From a virus, in the IMG/VR virus record IMGVR_UViG_3300021961_000050, positions 1 to 64,000 of that record: a DNA stretch of 64,000 nt; one strand, written 5' to 3'. The number at the start of each line of letters is the position of its first letter. The stretch's first letter is position 1. The position numbers were made by a program, and so were the translations under genes. Shown here one piece after another: positions 1 to 8,876 of the stretch. The notes beneath the pieces are model-generated. The model worked only from the letters and a program-made list of their open reading frames with translations, was not told the DNA's origin and did no database searches.

Positions 1-2729
1 ATGTTAATATTAGCAGTTGATATATCTGAGGATACTGTGGTTATTTCACCATCAACATATCCTCTCATGTTAACATTGGCAGTTGATATTGTGGTTGTTA
101 TTGTTGTTGCTAAATTAGGATCATCACCTAAAGCGGCCGCTATCTCATTTAGAGTATCCAGTGTTCCTGGTGCAGAATCTATCAAACTTGAAATTTCGTT
201 GTCTACATAACCCTGCATGTTTGTATTAGCAGTGGTTATTACAACATCAAGATTTTCAAGTCCATAATCAACATATCCTCTCATGTTAACATTGGCGGTG
301 TTTATTTCATCAGTGATATTCTGTGCCACAACATTAGCATAAAATGTAACTTCTGTTTCTGTAAATAAAGCAACATTGGCGCCGTCTACAATAATCTCAA
401 CATTTCCAGGATCAATGCCATCGTCATTGACGGCTATTTCTGTATCATCTGCAACTAGTCCACCTGACGATAACCCACTAAGTTCAGAATTTAAATATCC
501 TAAGGTAACAACGTCTGTGTCTGCTACTGGATCAGCCGCTGATAGTGGTGCTTCAAATCCAGATGAATCTAATACGCTCAGCACACCATTTTCATCTCTC
601 AATGTCAAGTTACCCATGACAATGGTGTTACCTGCTAGATATAAATCTCTCCATCTTAAACTGTCTGAACCCAGATCATAGGTAACATTAGCAGTTGGTA
701 ATACATGTCCTGTTACGTTTACATTTGATGATGTTAGATAAACTTCAGCACTACCTAAACGCAGAGCACCTACAGAAGTAGAATCCACTGTTAGATGTCT
801 TACTTCAATGATATCTGTGGTCAGCGGAACTTCAGCAAAAGTAATAACATTGCCTGATATATTGTAAGCTGATGCTGGCTGTTGTATAGTACCGTTGATA
901 CTGACAAACACAGCGTCATTGGTTGATTCTTGGCTAAGTACAAAGGCATTGCCAACACCATCGGGTGTGATGATATCTGATGAAATAACTGCCTGGCCAG
1001 GAACTTTCCAAATTGTTCCATTCCAAAACTCAATACTATTTCTTTCAGTATTGTAACGGAAATATCCTTCTTCAGCTGATACAGGTCTTTCAGATTCTAA
1101 TCCTGACGGAATGTGCATGACACCGTTACTTGAAAATGCTACCAATCCATTAAGTGTTAAATTACCAGTGGTTGCACTAATTGTGTCATCTTCAAAGACT
1201 ATGTCTTCAACTGTTGTGGTCGTGTCATTGACGTTACCAACCAAAGTACCATCTACTGTGATTTCAATATAACCAGGATCAATGCCATCATCATTTAAGA
1301 TAATACTAGTGTCATCTGCAGACATAGTTGGTGATGCACTGCTAATAGCAGACTGTAGATATGATAGAGTAACTGCATCTTGAGAACTAACTGGATCAGC
1401 AAGATTAACAATGTAACTGTTATTAACATCAACTACGCCATCACCTGGACTTATTGTAATGTTTGATGTTAATGTAGATATTGTGTTGTCAATGAATGTA
1501 ACATTACCCACTTGTGTCAGAGTAACATTGGCAATGTTTGTGATACGACCTTTACTGTCAACTGTGATCTTTGGAATTCTATCTGCATACTCGTCATCAG
1601 CTGAACCATATATTCCAGCAACCACTCCTGTGTCAACTAATTCAACATTGATATTTGAATATGTACCGTATCCTACTACATCACCAGTAATTTGAAGATT
1701 TGAATTGTCTGTTAATGCTCGATTACCTGCTTCATATAATTCTGTGGTTATAACAGTGGTAGCGGATACCGTTCCAGTAACGTCGACATTGGCAATATTT
1801 GAAGATACTATAATGTCCCCACTGACTGTGGTTATTGTTGTATCATTGACATTAATATTTCCTACTCTATTTAGAGTGATAGTATTAGCTGATGTAGCAC
1901 GTCCTTTTTCATCCAATGTTATCTGTGCTATGCCAACATTAGAACCATACGTATCTGCTACAACACCAGTGTTAGCCAATGTTACAGCAATATTTGAGTA
2001 AATTCCTGTACCAGTAGCATCACCTGTAACAGAAATATTAGTTATTTCAGTTAATACTCTATTACCAGAATCGTACAATTCATCAGCATTAATAATTCCG
2101 CCTGAGGTATTTCCACTGAGAGAAATGTTTCCACCAACAGTGATACTTTCTACATTGATATTACCTAAATTAGTAATATTGTATTGATCCTGTGTTAGTA
2201 TTGTACCGTATATTCCTTGACTGCTGATAGTATTAGCGTATACTGATTCATACCAAAGAGTGATATCACCAATGGTACCTGACGAGTTTGAAAAAGGTAG
2301 TATTGATTCTGTTTGTATTGTACCTGTGGTGGTTATGTTACCATCAACAGCTAAACTTATTAAATTTCCTAAACTGGTGATATTAGGTTGAGCATTGGTT
2401 GTTAATGTTCCAGTAATACTGTCTGAAGAAAAATATGTAGCATTAATGTTGCCACTATAGATGTGATCAACATATATTTCATTCCACCAATTAGAATTAG
2501 AACCAATGTTGTAAGTTAAATTAGCTGAAGTATATAGATTACCGTCTACAGCTAATATATCGCCGCGAACTGTAAGAGGAGCCGTAGGTATTTCTTCGTT
2601 AATTCCCACATAGAAATTAGCGAAATCCATGTAAACTAATGTATTACCTGAAGTGGTGAATTGTAGATCTAGACCTTGTCTATCTAAATTTGGTAATAAC
2701 GCCGCTCCGGGTACACGTCCTATAGCCAT
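1..2729 (-). CDS. Large repetitive tail-fibre/virion structural protein, 3' end beyond the window
   Basis: Not in the ORF track. ATG at 2729 behind a GGAG RBS (MAIGRVPGAALLPNLDRQGLDLQF...). The segments I translated in this frame are open and it runs off position 1. It is T/S/N/G/V-rich, carries the fibre motif IDSAPGTLDTLNEIAAALGDDPNLATT and repeated TANVNMRGYVD units. Confidence 0.8.
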   Translation of the reverse strand, partial: MAIGRVPGAALLPNLDRQGLDLQFTTSGNTLVYMDFANFYVGINEEIPTAPLTVRGDILAVDGNLYTSANLTYNIGSNSNWWNEIYVDHIYSGNINATYFSSDSITGTLTTNAQPNITSLGNLISLAVDGNITTTGTIQTESILPFSNSSGTIGDITLWYESVYANTISSQGIYGTILTQDQYNITNLGNINVESITVGGNISLSGNTSGGIINADELYDSGNRVLTEITNISVTGDATGTGIYSNIAVTLANTGVVADTYGSNVGIAQITLDEKGRATSANTITLNRVGNINVNDTTITTVSGDIIVSSNIANVDVTGTVSATTVITTELYEAGNRALTDNSNLQITGDVVGYGTYSNINVELVDTGVVAGIYGSADDEYADRIPKITVDSKGRITNIANVTLTQVGNVTFIDNTISTLTSNITISPGDGVVDVNNSYIVNLADPVSSQDAVTLSYLQSAISSASPTMSADDTSIILNDDGIDPGYIEITVDGTLVGNVNDTTTTVEDIVFEDDTISATTGNLTLNGLVAFSSNGVMHIPSGLESERPVSAEEGYFRYNTERNSIEFWNGTIWKVPGQAVISSDIITPDGVGNAFVLSQESTNDAVFVSINGTIQQPASAYNISGNVITFAEVPLTTDIIEVRHLTVDSTSVGALRLGSAEVYLTSSNVNVTGHVLPTANVTYDLGSDSLRWRDLYLAGNTIVMGNLTLRDENGVLSVLDSSGFEAPLSAADPVADTDVVTLGYLNSELSGLSSGGLVADDTEIAVNDDGIDPGNVEIIVDGANVALFTETEVTFYANVVAQNITDEINTANVNMRGYVDYGLENLDVVITTANTNMQGYVDNEISSLIDSAPGTLDTLNEIAAALGDDPNLATTITTTISTANVNMRGYVDGEITTVSSDISTANIN
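51..296. repeat. 30-bp exact direct repeat (51-80 and 267-296) inside the fibre gene
   Basis: atcaacatatcctctcatgttaacattggc occurs twice and encodes the ANVNMRGYVD repeat unit. Confidence 0.85.
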
Positions 2730-2762
2730 CTAAAAACTCCTGTTACAGTATTTATCTGTAAA

Positions 2763-3185
2763 TTACGATGCGGTCGTGCTAGAGAAATTGTGTAATACCA
2801 AAATAGTTGCTGAACTTGTTGGAGTACTGGTAAATGTTATATTAGTAGTACCGTCAAATGTGTAGTTCACACCTGGATTTTGATAAACAGTATTCAAAAA
2901 TACAAGAACCTGTGCTTCTTCTCCACTGCTGTATGAATATGACATCGCCCCAAACACATTATTAACATTATCGCCTGTGAATGCGTCTTTAACTATTTGC
3001 ACACTTCCTTCTTGTGCTACTGATTGCCAACTTGAACCATCATAAAATTCAATTGAACTAGTAGATGTATTCCATCTTGTTTGTCCTACTACTGCTGGAT
3101 TAGGCCCAACAGAGTTAGTTCCCACTGGAATTCCTAAAGCATAACTTCCTGATCGAAATTTAGTATTTTTAAGTAAATGTCCCAT
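2763..3185 (-). CDS. Virion structural/fibre-associated protein
   Basis: 140-aa ORF with a GQTRWNTSTSSIEFYDGSSW motif and a VLVFLNTVYQNPGVNYTF beta module like those in the neighbouring fibre gene; translationally coupled to the upstream gene. Confidence 0.6.
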   Translation of the reverse strand: MGHLLKNTKFRSGSYALGIPVGTNSVGPNPAVVGQTRWNTSTSSIEFYDGSSWQSVAQEGSVQIVKDAFTGDNVNNVFGAMSYSYSSGEEAQVLVFLNTVYQNPGVNYTFDGTTNITFTSTPTSSATILVLHNFSSTTAS

Positions 3186-3496
3186 TATAAACCTACGTAA
3201 CTAACTGTTGCTGTTATAGCATTATCTGCTGATGCACTTGCTTGAAGTGTGTCATCATCTGTTAATACTAATTTTTCCATATCAACCACAAAAGTATCAC
3301 CACTTGTGATTTGTACATCTTTATAAATTTGTACATTAGCATCAACTGTGCCTGTGCCAGCTGGAACAGCATAGAGATCAAATGTTCTTGTTACAGAATC
3401 TGTATTACAAAAATACATCACTGAAACCACTGTATCTCCTGAACTGACATAGACATTTGATACTGATGTTGTTAATAGACTGTTAGTTATTGCCAT
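3185..3496 (-). CDS. Small beta-rich hypothetical virion protein
   Basis: 103-aa ORF with AGGA RBS in the late structural cluster. Confidence 0.6.
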   Translation of the reverse strand: MAITNSLLTTSVSNVYVSSGDTVVSVMYFCNTDSVTRTFDLYAVPAGTGTVDANVQIYKDVQITSGDTFVVDMEKLVLTDDDTLQASASADNAITATVSYVGL

Positions 3497-3504
3497 AGTT
3501 GTTC

Positions 3505-4134
3505 CTATAATATCAATGAAAAAGCAAACGATCTGCTTTTTGTTATTAGTTCTTTATTAGCGGCTTCCCCGTTAAGAACATAGACGCCTGACTGCCCCTG
3601 TCCCGGAGTATCTGCATAAACAATAGTTGCCCCACTTACTGCTACATTTGGAATTGGGGATGAGTTGTTTAATTGTATGTTACCATCAAATTCAATAATT
3701 CCATTACCACCTGCCACAATAGCATGATTTGAAACTCCAAGGTTACCACCTAAGAATGGATCTGGATCATCAGCTACCTGTGTTAGACCAGCACCGCTAC
3801 CTACAGAAGTAAGTATGTTAGCAAAAGTTGTTCCGTCTGTGGTTATTTGCCAACGATCAACGTATTCATTAAAAATTAGAGATACATTACCTAATGTGCC
3901 TCTATCAACAGCAACACCTGCATAGCCAAGAGTAACACCAGCACCTGGTTCACCTATGTTTAGTCTTAAAACATTGTCTTCAATTTCTGTGTTGGTTGAC
4001 GTAATTGATGATGATAATCCCGTAACTACTAGGTTACCTACAACTCTAATAGTTTCACTTTCTAAAGTAATATTAGCACCAGCTTCTGGTGCATTAATTA
4101 AATAGTTGCTATTGGTTTTTTTGATGATTGCCAT
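3505..4134 (-). CDS. Hypothetical virion/fibre-associated protein
   Basis: 209-aa ORF with a TEIEDNVLRLNIGE..GVAVDRG motif seen in phage structural proteins; ATAAATA motif upstream (~4157-4163). Confidence 0.6.
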   Translation of the reverse strand: MAIIKKTNSNYLINAPEAGANITLESETIRVVGNLVVTGLSSSITSTNTEIEDNVLRLNIGEPGAGVTLGYAGVAVDRGTLGNVSLIFNEYVDRWQITTDGTTFANILTSVGSGAGLTQVADDPDPFLGGNLGVSNHAIVAGGNGIIEFDGNIQLNNSSPIPNVAVSGATIVYADTPGQGQSGVYVLNGEAANKELITKSRSFAFSLIL

Positions 4135-4185
4135 TTATTTAAATTCCATTTTTTATTATTTATGCTAATCTTAAATCATCATGAC

Positions 4186-4214
4186 AAAAAAATAGCACCC
4201 GTAGGTGCTATTTT
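4186..4214 (-). terminator. Rho-independent terminator
   Basis: Minus strand aaaatagcacc-tacg-ggtgctatttt with an extended U-run, just after the 4230..4631 ORF. Confidence 0.8.
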
Positions 4215-4229
4215 GTAAGTTATAATAAC

Positions 4230-4631
4230 TTATGGTGCTAAAATAGAAACTGATACGTTTTCAACTTGGTCACCGTCAGCAATAGCTGAATAGCCACCGT
4301 TAACTGTGTCTAATGCTGTCCAATCAACTTTAGCATAGTCATCAAATTGTACACCATCATCTTGTACTAACACTGCTGTTTGATTGAAAAGTTTAACAAC
4401 AAAGTACTGACCACCATCTGAATCTAATGCTGTGATTCTCATTTCACCTTCGTTTGGTGCTGTTGTAACTAACAAGCAATCACTAGTACCTTCACTATTT
4501 GTTACATTGAAAGTTTTTGAACCTTTTTGTGAATTGATTGATGTTACTGTATCTTCAGCTGAACCACCTACTACATAAGCATTAGCATTAAAGTCTTCAG
4601 CAAGATATCTTTTATTTACTGGACGTCCCAT
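4230..4631 (-). CDS. Hypothetical protein downstream of the major capsid gene (possible head decoration protein)
   Basis: 133-aa ORF with strong AAGGAG RBS, its own ATAAATA motif and a terminator. Function is inferred from position only. Confidence 0.6.
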   Translation of the reverse strand: MGRPVNKRYLAEDFNANAYVVGGSAEDTVTSINSQKGSKTFNVTNSEGTSDCLLVTTAPNEGEMRITALDSDGGQYFVVKLFNQTAVLVQDDGVQFDDYAKVDWTALDTVNGGYSAIADGDQVENVSVSILAP

Positions 4632-4713
4632 TTGTTTTCTCCTTTTTTTAAAATGGCGTTCTAGGCCCTACGCGGTGGGTACCGCATAAGTTCATATGAA
4701 CAATAGTATTTAT
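4632..4713 (-). promoter_or_regulatory. Late promoter (ATAAATA, 4707-4713) followed by a structured 5' leader
   Basis: The leader contains the palindrome gttcatatgaac (4690-4701), the hairpin tatgcggt-accc-accgcgta (4669-4688) and ggc-ctagaac-gcc before the RBS. Confidence 0.55.
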
Positions 4714-4727
4714 TTTAAACTTAAAAC

Positions 4728-4750
4728 AAAAGGCCCATATAGGGCCTTTT
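4728..4750 (-). terminator. Terminator after the major capsid gene
   Basis: aaaaggccc-atata-gggcctttt inverted repeat with A/T tails. Confidence 0.75.
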
Positions 4751-4777
4751 GAGTAAAGTTCACTGCTAAACTTATTC

Positions 4778-5950
4778 TTATTGGAAAGATAAGTTAGAAA
4801 CTGTGATTTCTTCTAAGTAGTCAGCCGCATTACCAAGAGATGAAGCTGTGTTTGATAATTCAACATAGCCATATCTTGTCATAAAGCCTACTACTGGTTC
4901 AAATGTTGCTGGGTCAAGAACAACACCAGAAGACATTAATGGAACGTATGGGCAGTAGAATGCCGCCGCATCAGCTTCACTAGAACCTTTGTAACCTACT
5001 AATACAGGTTTGTCGTCTGCCGCATAACCGTCAACATACACTTTCATAGCACCGTTTAATGTACCAACGAATTTAGTGTTTGTTGGAGCTTCAAATGTAC
5101 CTTCTGTACTACGTGCAAAAGCAGAAGTAGTTGCAGATTGTAACACTGTTAATGAAGCTGGAGACACAACTGCCCAGTTACCTGCGCCACGACGTGTTCT
5201 TTGTGCAATCAAGTTAGCCGCACGGTTGATAAGAACTGCTAAAGCCGCATGTTCGTCACCAACGAATGTTGCTGTACCTGAAACTGTTGATTGGTTGTAA
5301 CCATAAGTAGAACCTGCTAAAGCACGTAATGAACTTAAGATTTCTTGATCAATTTCAACAGTAATTTCTTGTGCTAAAGCCGCCATAATTTCTGCTTCAA
5401 CATCTAAACCGTGCATAGATTGTGCATCTTGAGCGGCTTCAAATGTCCAACGTGCAGACAATTTACGTGTTTTTGCTTCAACAACTTGTTTTAAGATTTG
5501 AACGTTGATTCTGTTACCTGGAACACCTTCAAGTGTTGATGTTGAAGATGCTTTACCAGCTGAAGTACCAGAATATGCAGTTGCAATCTTAAATGGTGAT
5601 AAAGCTTCGTCACCAGCATATACTTGGTCGCCGTCTGTTACTGCGCCTGATGGATCAGCATAACGTACACGTAATGTATGGATCTGTGCTACAGGACCAG
5701 TCATTGGTTGTACGCCAACGATTTCATTAGCGATAACTGTTGGCATAACACGTCGAATCACTGGAAGAATAACTCTATTTAATGTTGCAACGTTACCTAC
5801 TGCTGTTGCACCACTAGTAGCATTCTCAACTAAGTGTTTCTTAGTGTTTTCTAAAATTACAGCCATTGTGGTTCTTTTAGAACCTTGTAGACCTTCTAAC
5901 AGGGCGTCTTTGGTCTCATTCCAACGGCCTTCTAATAGTTGGTTTGTCAT
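4778..5950 (-). CDS. gp23: Major capsid protein (T4 gp23-like)
   Basis: Motifs IVGVQPMTGP, VEAKTRKLSARWTFEAAQD, EIMAALAQEITVEIDQEI, AFYCPYVPL and GFMTRYG. Confidence 0.96.
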   Translation of the reverse strand: MTNQLLEGRWNETKDALLEGLQGSKRTTMAVILENTKKHLVENATSGATAVGNVATLNRVILPVIRRVMPTVIANEIVGVQPMTGPVAQIHTLRVRYADPSGAVTDGDQVYAGDEALSPFKIATAYSGTSAGKASSTSTLEGVPGNRINVQILKQVVEAKTRKLSARWTFEAAQDAQSMHGLDVEAEIMAALAQEITVEIDQEILSSLRALAGSTYGYNQSTVSGTATFVGDEHAALAVLINRAANLIAQRTRRGAGNWAVVSPASLTVLQSATTSAFARSTEGTFEAPTNTKFVGTLNGAMKVYVDGYAADDKPVLVGYKGSSEADAAAFYCPYVPLMSSGVVLDPATFEPVVGFMTRYGYVELSNTASSLGNAADYLEEITVSNLSFQ

Positions 5951-5981
5951 TTTTATATTTCCTTTTAATTAAAAGTTACTA

Positions 5982-7082
5982 CTATTTTAGCCCTGCTAAA
6001 CGTTTGATTTCAATAACGTTGTTATCGTCTTCTGTAACGTTGTTTTTAGCAGATTTATTACCAGTTACTTCCGCACGTCCTTCAGATAAAACCGGTTTTT
6101 CGACCTTTGCTTTAACTGGAGTATTGTTCAAAACTGCTGGCAAATACTTGTCATATGCTGATCTGAGTTTATCAGTCTGCACACCTTCGAGTAAGTCACT
6201 CATAATTGAGGCTTTCTCTTTGTTTAACGTACCAAGTAATTCATTAAGTGTGTCCTTACGGTCAGCACTTTCCTTGATTACTCGAATTTCACGTTCTTTT
6301 GATTCAACTAAAGTTTCTTTTTCATCAATTGCTTTTTTACTTTCAGCAATTATTTGATCTTTTTCATCAATTACTGCTTGAAGTTTAGCAAGTTCTTTGT
6401 TCTCATTTAAATGAGTAACAGCAAACTCATTAGCAAATGCTTCGAAGATTCTACGTCCAAACATGTTCTCGCGAGCACTTTGGATGTCTTCTTTTAGTTG
6501 AGCTAATTCTGAGCCTAGATTGTTTGTTACTGATTCTTTAACAAGATTAGCACTACGTTTAATAAAGGCTTTTTGTAGTTCAGCAAGTTTTGTTTTTGCT
6601 TCTGCTACAAGTTTAACTTTAGTTTCAACAACTGCTTTCTTGTCTTGATCAAACTCTTTGATCTCTTCAGCTAACGCATGGATTACAAATTTCTCTAGTT
6701 TAGCAATAGCTTCACTGTGAACTTTGCGATCTGCACGCAAATCTTTGATCTCTTCAGTTAATTTAGCAATTAAAAAATTGTTAAATTTTTCTGTGCTTTC
6801 AACCATTTGTTTTTTAAACTTAACACGGTCTTCAGCAAGAGCTTGTTTTTCTTCGGCAAAATCTTTGATTTCAGCGGAGAGTGTTTCAGTAACCATTTTG
6901 TCTAGAGCTTCAACCATTACTTTTTTGTCATGCTCATAGCGACCCGCAAACTCTTCACGCAATTCTGCACGAACTTGTTCACGTGTTTCATTTAATTTAG
7001 ATTCCCAAGCTTCAGTTATAGCAGTTTGAGTCTCTTCATTAATGATGCCACTATCTAACAATGGTTTGATAGCATCTAACAT
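5982..7082 (-). CDS. gp22: Prohead core scaffolding protein (gp22-like)
   Basis: Long E/K-rich coiled-coil protein between the protease and the major capsid gene, the canonical T4 order. Confidence 0.8.
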   Translation of the reverse strand: MLDAIKPLLDSGIINEETQTAITEAWESKLNETREQVRAELREEFAGRYEHDKKVMVEALDKMVTETLSAEIKDFAEEKQALAEDRVKFKKQMVESTEKFNNFLIAKLTEEIKDLRADRKVHSEAIAKLEKFVIHALAEEIKEFDQDKKAVVETKVKLVAEAKTKLAELQKAFIKRSANLVKESVTNNLGSELAQLKEDIQSARENMFGRRIFEAFANEFAVTHLNENKELAKLQAVIDEKDQIIAESKKAIDEKETLVESKEREIRVIKESADRKDTLNELLGTLNKEKASIMSDLLEGVQTDKLRSAYDKYLPAVLNNTPVKAKVEKPVLSEGRAEVTGNKSAKNNVTEDDNNVIEIKRLAGLK

Positions 7083-7091
7083 TGTGATCTC

Positions 7092-7733
7092 CTATTTAAT
7101 TTTCAGATCTTTGATTAAGCGTGTTACTTGCTCTTTCAAATATTTCTGTACTTTTTGATCTGCACTGGCTTCACGTGCCATTTCGAATACCTTAGCACCA
7201 CCACGCATATTCATCAGTCCTTCATAGATCGCTGTTGGATACGCATTAGGAGCACTAGGTTGTGCAACTACATCAACTGTGACTATTTCAAAGTCACTAA
7301 CTTTACCGTCAGCTTCGTTAACATTACCACTGCCACGTGAGCTAACACCAAGTTTTACACCACTTTCCAACATGGTCTTAACTAATTGACCCATTGGAGT
7401 TGGTAAAATCTTTAATTTGCCATAGCCGTTTGGTCCATCCATCCACATTTCTGTGATCATGTGTGAAACACGGTCTAGGTTAATTTTCAAATCATCTGGG
7501 TGGTCTACTTCGCCTAAGACGCTGTAGCCACCAGTGATTTGTTCATTAAGAGTAGAAACAGCAGTGGCAATTTCATTTACAGGATATACACGTTCATTGT
7601 GATTTTTAACACCACCCTGAATACATATACCTTTCATGTAGAGATTTTTGCCACTGCCGTCTTTGGTATCTTCTGCTAGAATTTCCATTCTAGCCGCGTC
7701 AAATGTCAAATTCTCTTTTAGATATAATGCCAT
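7092..7733 (-). CDS. gp21: Prohead protease (T4 gp21-like)
   Basis: Motifs NHNERVYP, LGEVDHP, INLDRVSH, GVSSRGSG and DVVAQPSAPNA. Confidence 0.95.
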   Translation of the reverse strand: MALYLKENLTFDAARMEILAEDTKDGSGKNLYMKGICIQGGVKNHNERVYPVNEIATAVSTLNEQITGGYSVLGEVDHPDDLKINLDRVSHMITEMWMDGPNGYGKLKILPTPMGQLVKTMLESGVKLGVSSRGSGNVNEADGKVSDFEIVTVDVVAQPSAPNAYPTAIYEGLMNMRGGAKVFEMAREASADQKVQKYLKEQVTRLIKDLKIK

Positions 7734-7747
7734 CTTAGTTTCCTAAA

Positions 7748-8509
7748 TTATTTTTTAAATGCTTTACCAGCATCAGCACCTGGTTTTGTTAAACCATCAT
7801 GTGGTAATTCGCCTTTTGGTGCAACTTTGCCTGCGCCTTTTTCATCGCCGCCTGCTGTTACATTAACTGCTGTACCACCCATGTCGTTTTTACCAGCTAC
7901 TGTTGATTTTGTGTTGTCTGCGCCTTCTTGATTTGATGGTGTAGCAACTTTTTCTACGTATTCACGTACAACTTCTTCTGTTGTTTCTTCTGTTGCTTCT
8001 TCAACTGCTTCTTCAGCAACTTCTTCAGTTGATTCTTCAACTTTTTCCTCGTCGCAGTCTTCATCTTTAGCTTCAGCCATTGGCATTTCAGCCATTGGTT
8101 CTTCAGCAGGCACTTCAGCAGGTGCATCACCAGCCATTAACGCATCAAATTCAGCTTTTAATTCGTCAAGTGCAGATTCTAAATCTTCAACACGGTCTTC
8201 AATTTCGTCATGATCTTCTTCATGCTCGTCTTGTTCTCCGTCGTTGTCGTAATCTAATTCCATATCAGCGTCAGCGTCAGCTTCTTCGCCTTCTTCTTCT
8301 TCTTCAGAAATGCCTTCTTCGTCAATTGCAACTTCGTCAGCAATATCACTTACTTCTTCTGTAGATTCAATTTCTGATAAATCTTCTTCGTCAACGAGAC
8401 TTTCATAGATGTCTCTAGACTTTTCAACAACGATGTTATGAAAAAGTTCACGTGCCTTTTCATCTTCATCATTGATGATGTGTTCAATCAATTGTTCAAA
8501 TTTGTTCAT
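7748..8509 (-). CDS. Highly acidic prohead core/internal protein
   Basis: 253-aa E/D-rich ORF between portal and protease, the position of the T4 gp67/gp68 core proteins. Confidence 0.6.
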   Translation of the reverse strand: MNKFEQLIEHIINDEDEKARELFHNIVVEKSRDIYESLVDEEDLSEIESTEEVSDIADEVAIDEEGISEEEEEGEEADADADMELDYDNDGEQDEHEEDHDEIEDRVEDLESALDELKAEFDALMAGDAPAEVPAEEPMAEMPMAEAKDEDCDEEKVEESTEEVAEEAVEEATEETTEEVVREYVEKVATPSNQEGADNTKSTVAGKNDMGGTAVNVTAGGDEKGAGKVAPKGELPHDGLTKPGADAGKAFKK

Positions 8510-8632
8510 TGCGAACTCCTTATATAAAGATAATTCTTATATACGGCCATAATCGTATACGTGTTATATATTTACTACTACTATTTAAAATGGGGGTTAA
8601 ATGCGTGTTTTTTGAGTGATTTTTAATGATTT

Positions 8633-8857
8633 TTATATAGTTGATGCAGAATCTGACCTAGATTGATACTGATTTTGTATTGATTCTATGTCATGCTCTT
8701 TTTCTAACTTACGTACATCATTGATAATTCTGAGCCTGTTAATTTGTGCCAAAGTGAGTTTAGTTTTTCTTAAATCGTCAAGAGACAATGTAGTGTTATC
8801 GTCTTTTTCTGTACGATAACCTTGCATTTCCTGATTAAAAACTTCTAGTAGATTCAT
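8633..8857 (-). CDS. Small hypothetical head-cluster protein
   Basis: Most likely ATG at 8857, directly after a GTAAATA late-type motif; contains RKTKLTLAQINRLR. Confidence 0.6.
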   Translation of the reverse strand: MNLLEVFNQEMQGYRTEKDDNTTLSLDDLRKTKLTLAQINRLRIINDVRKLEKEHDIESIQNQYQSRSDSASTI

Positions 8858-8876
8858 GTTAGTATTTACCAAAAGT

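Noticed and set aside
1-2001. Short ORFs in the track (1..210, 376..681, 821..1033, 1459..1695, 1705..2001)
   Set aside because: They are antisense or off-frame shadows of the long minus-strand fibre ORF starting at 2729.
7748-8509. Low-complexity GAA-rich tract as a DNA repeat element
   Set aside because: It is explained by Glu/Asp-rich coding sequence.
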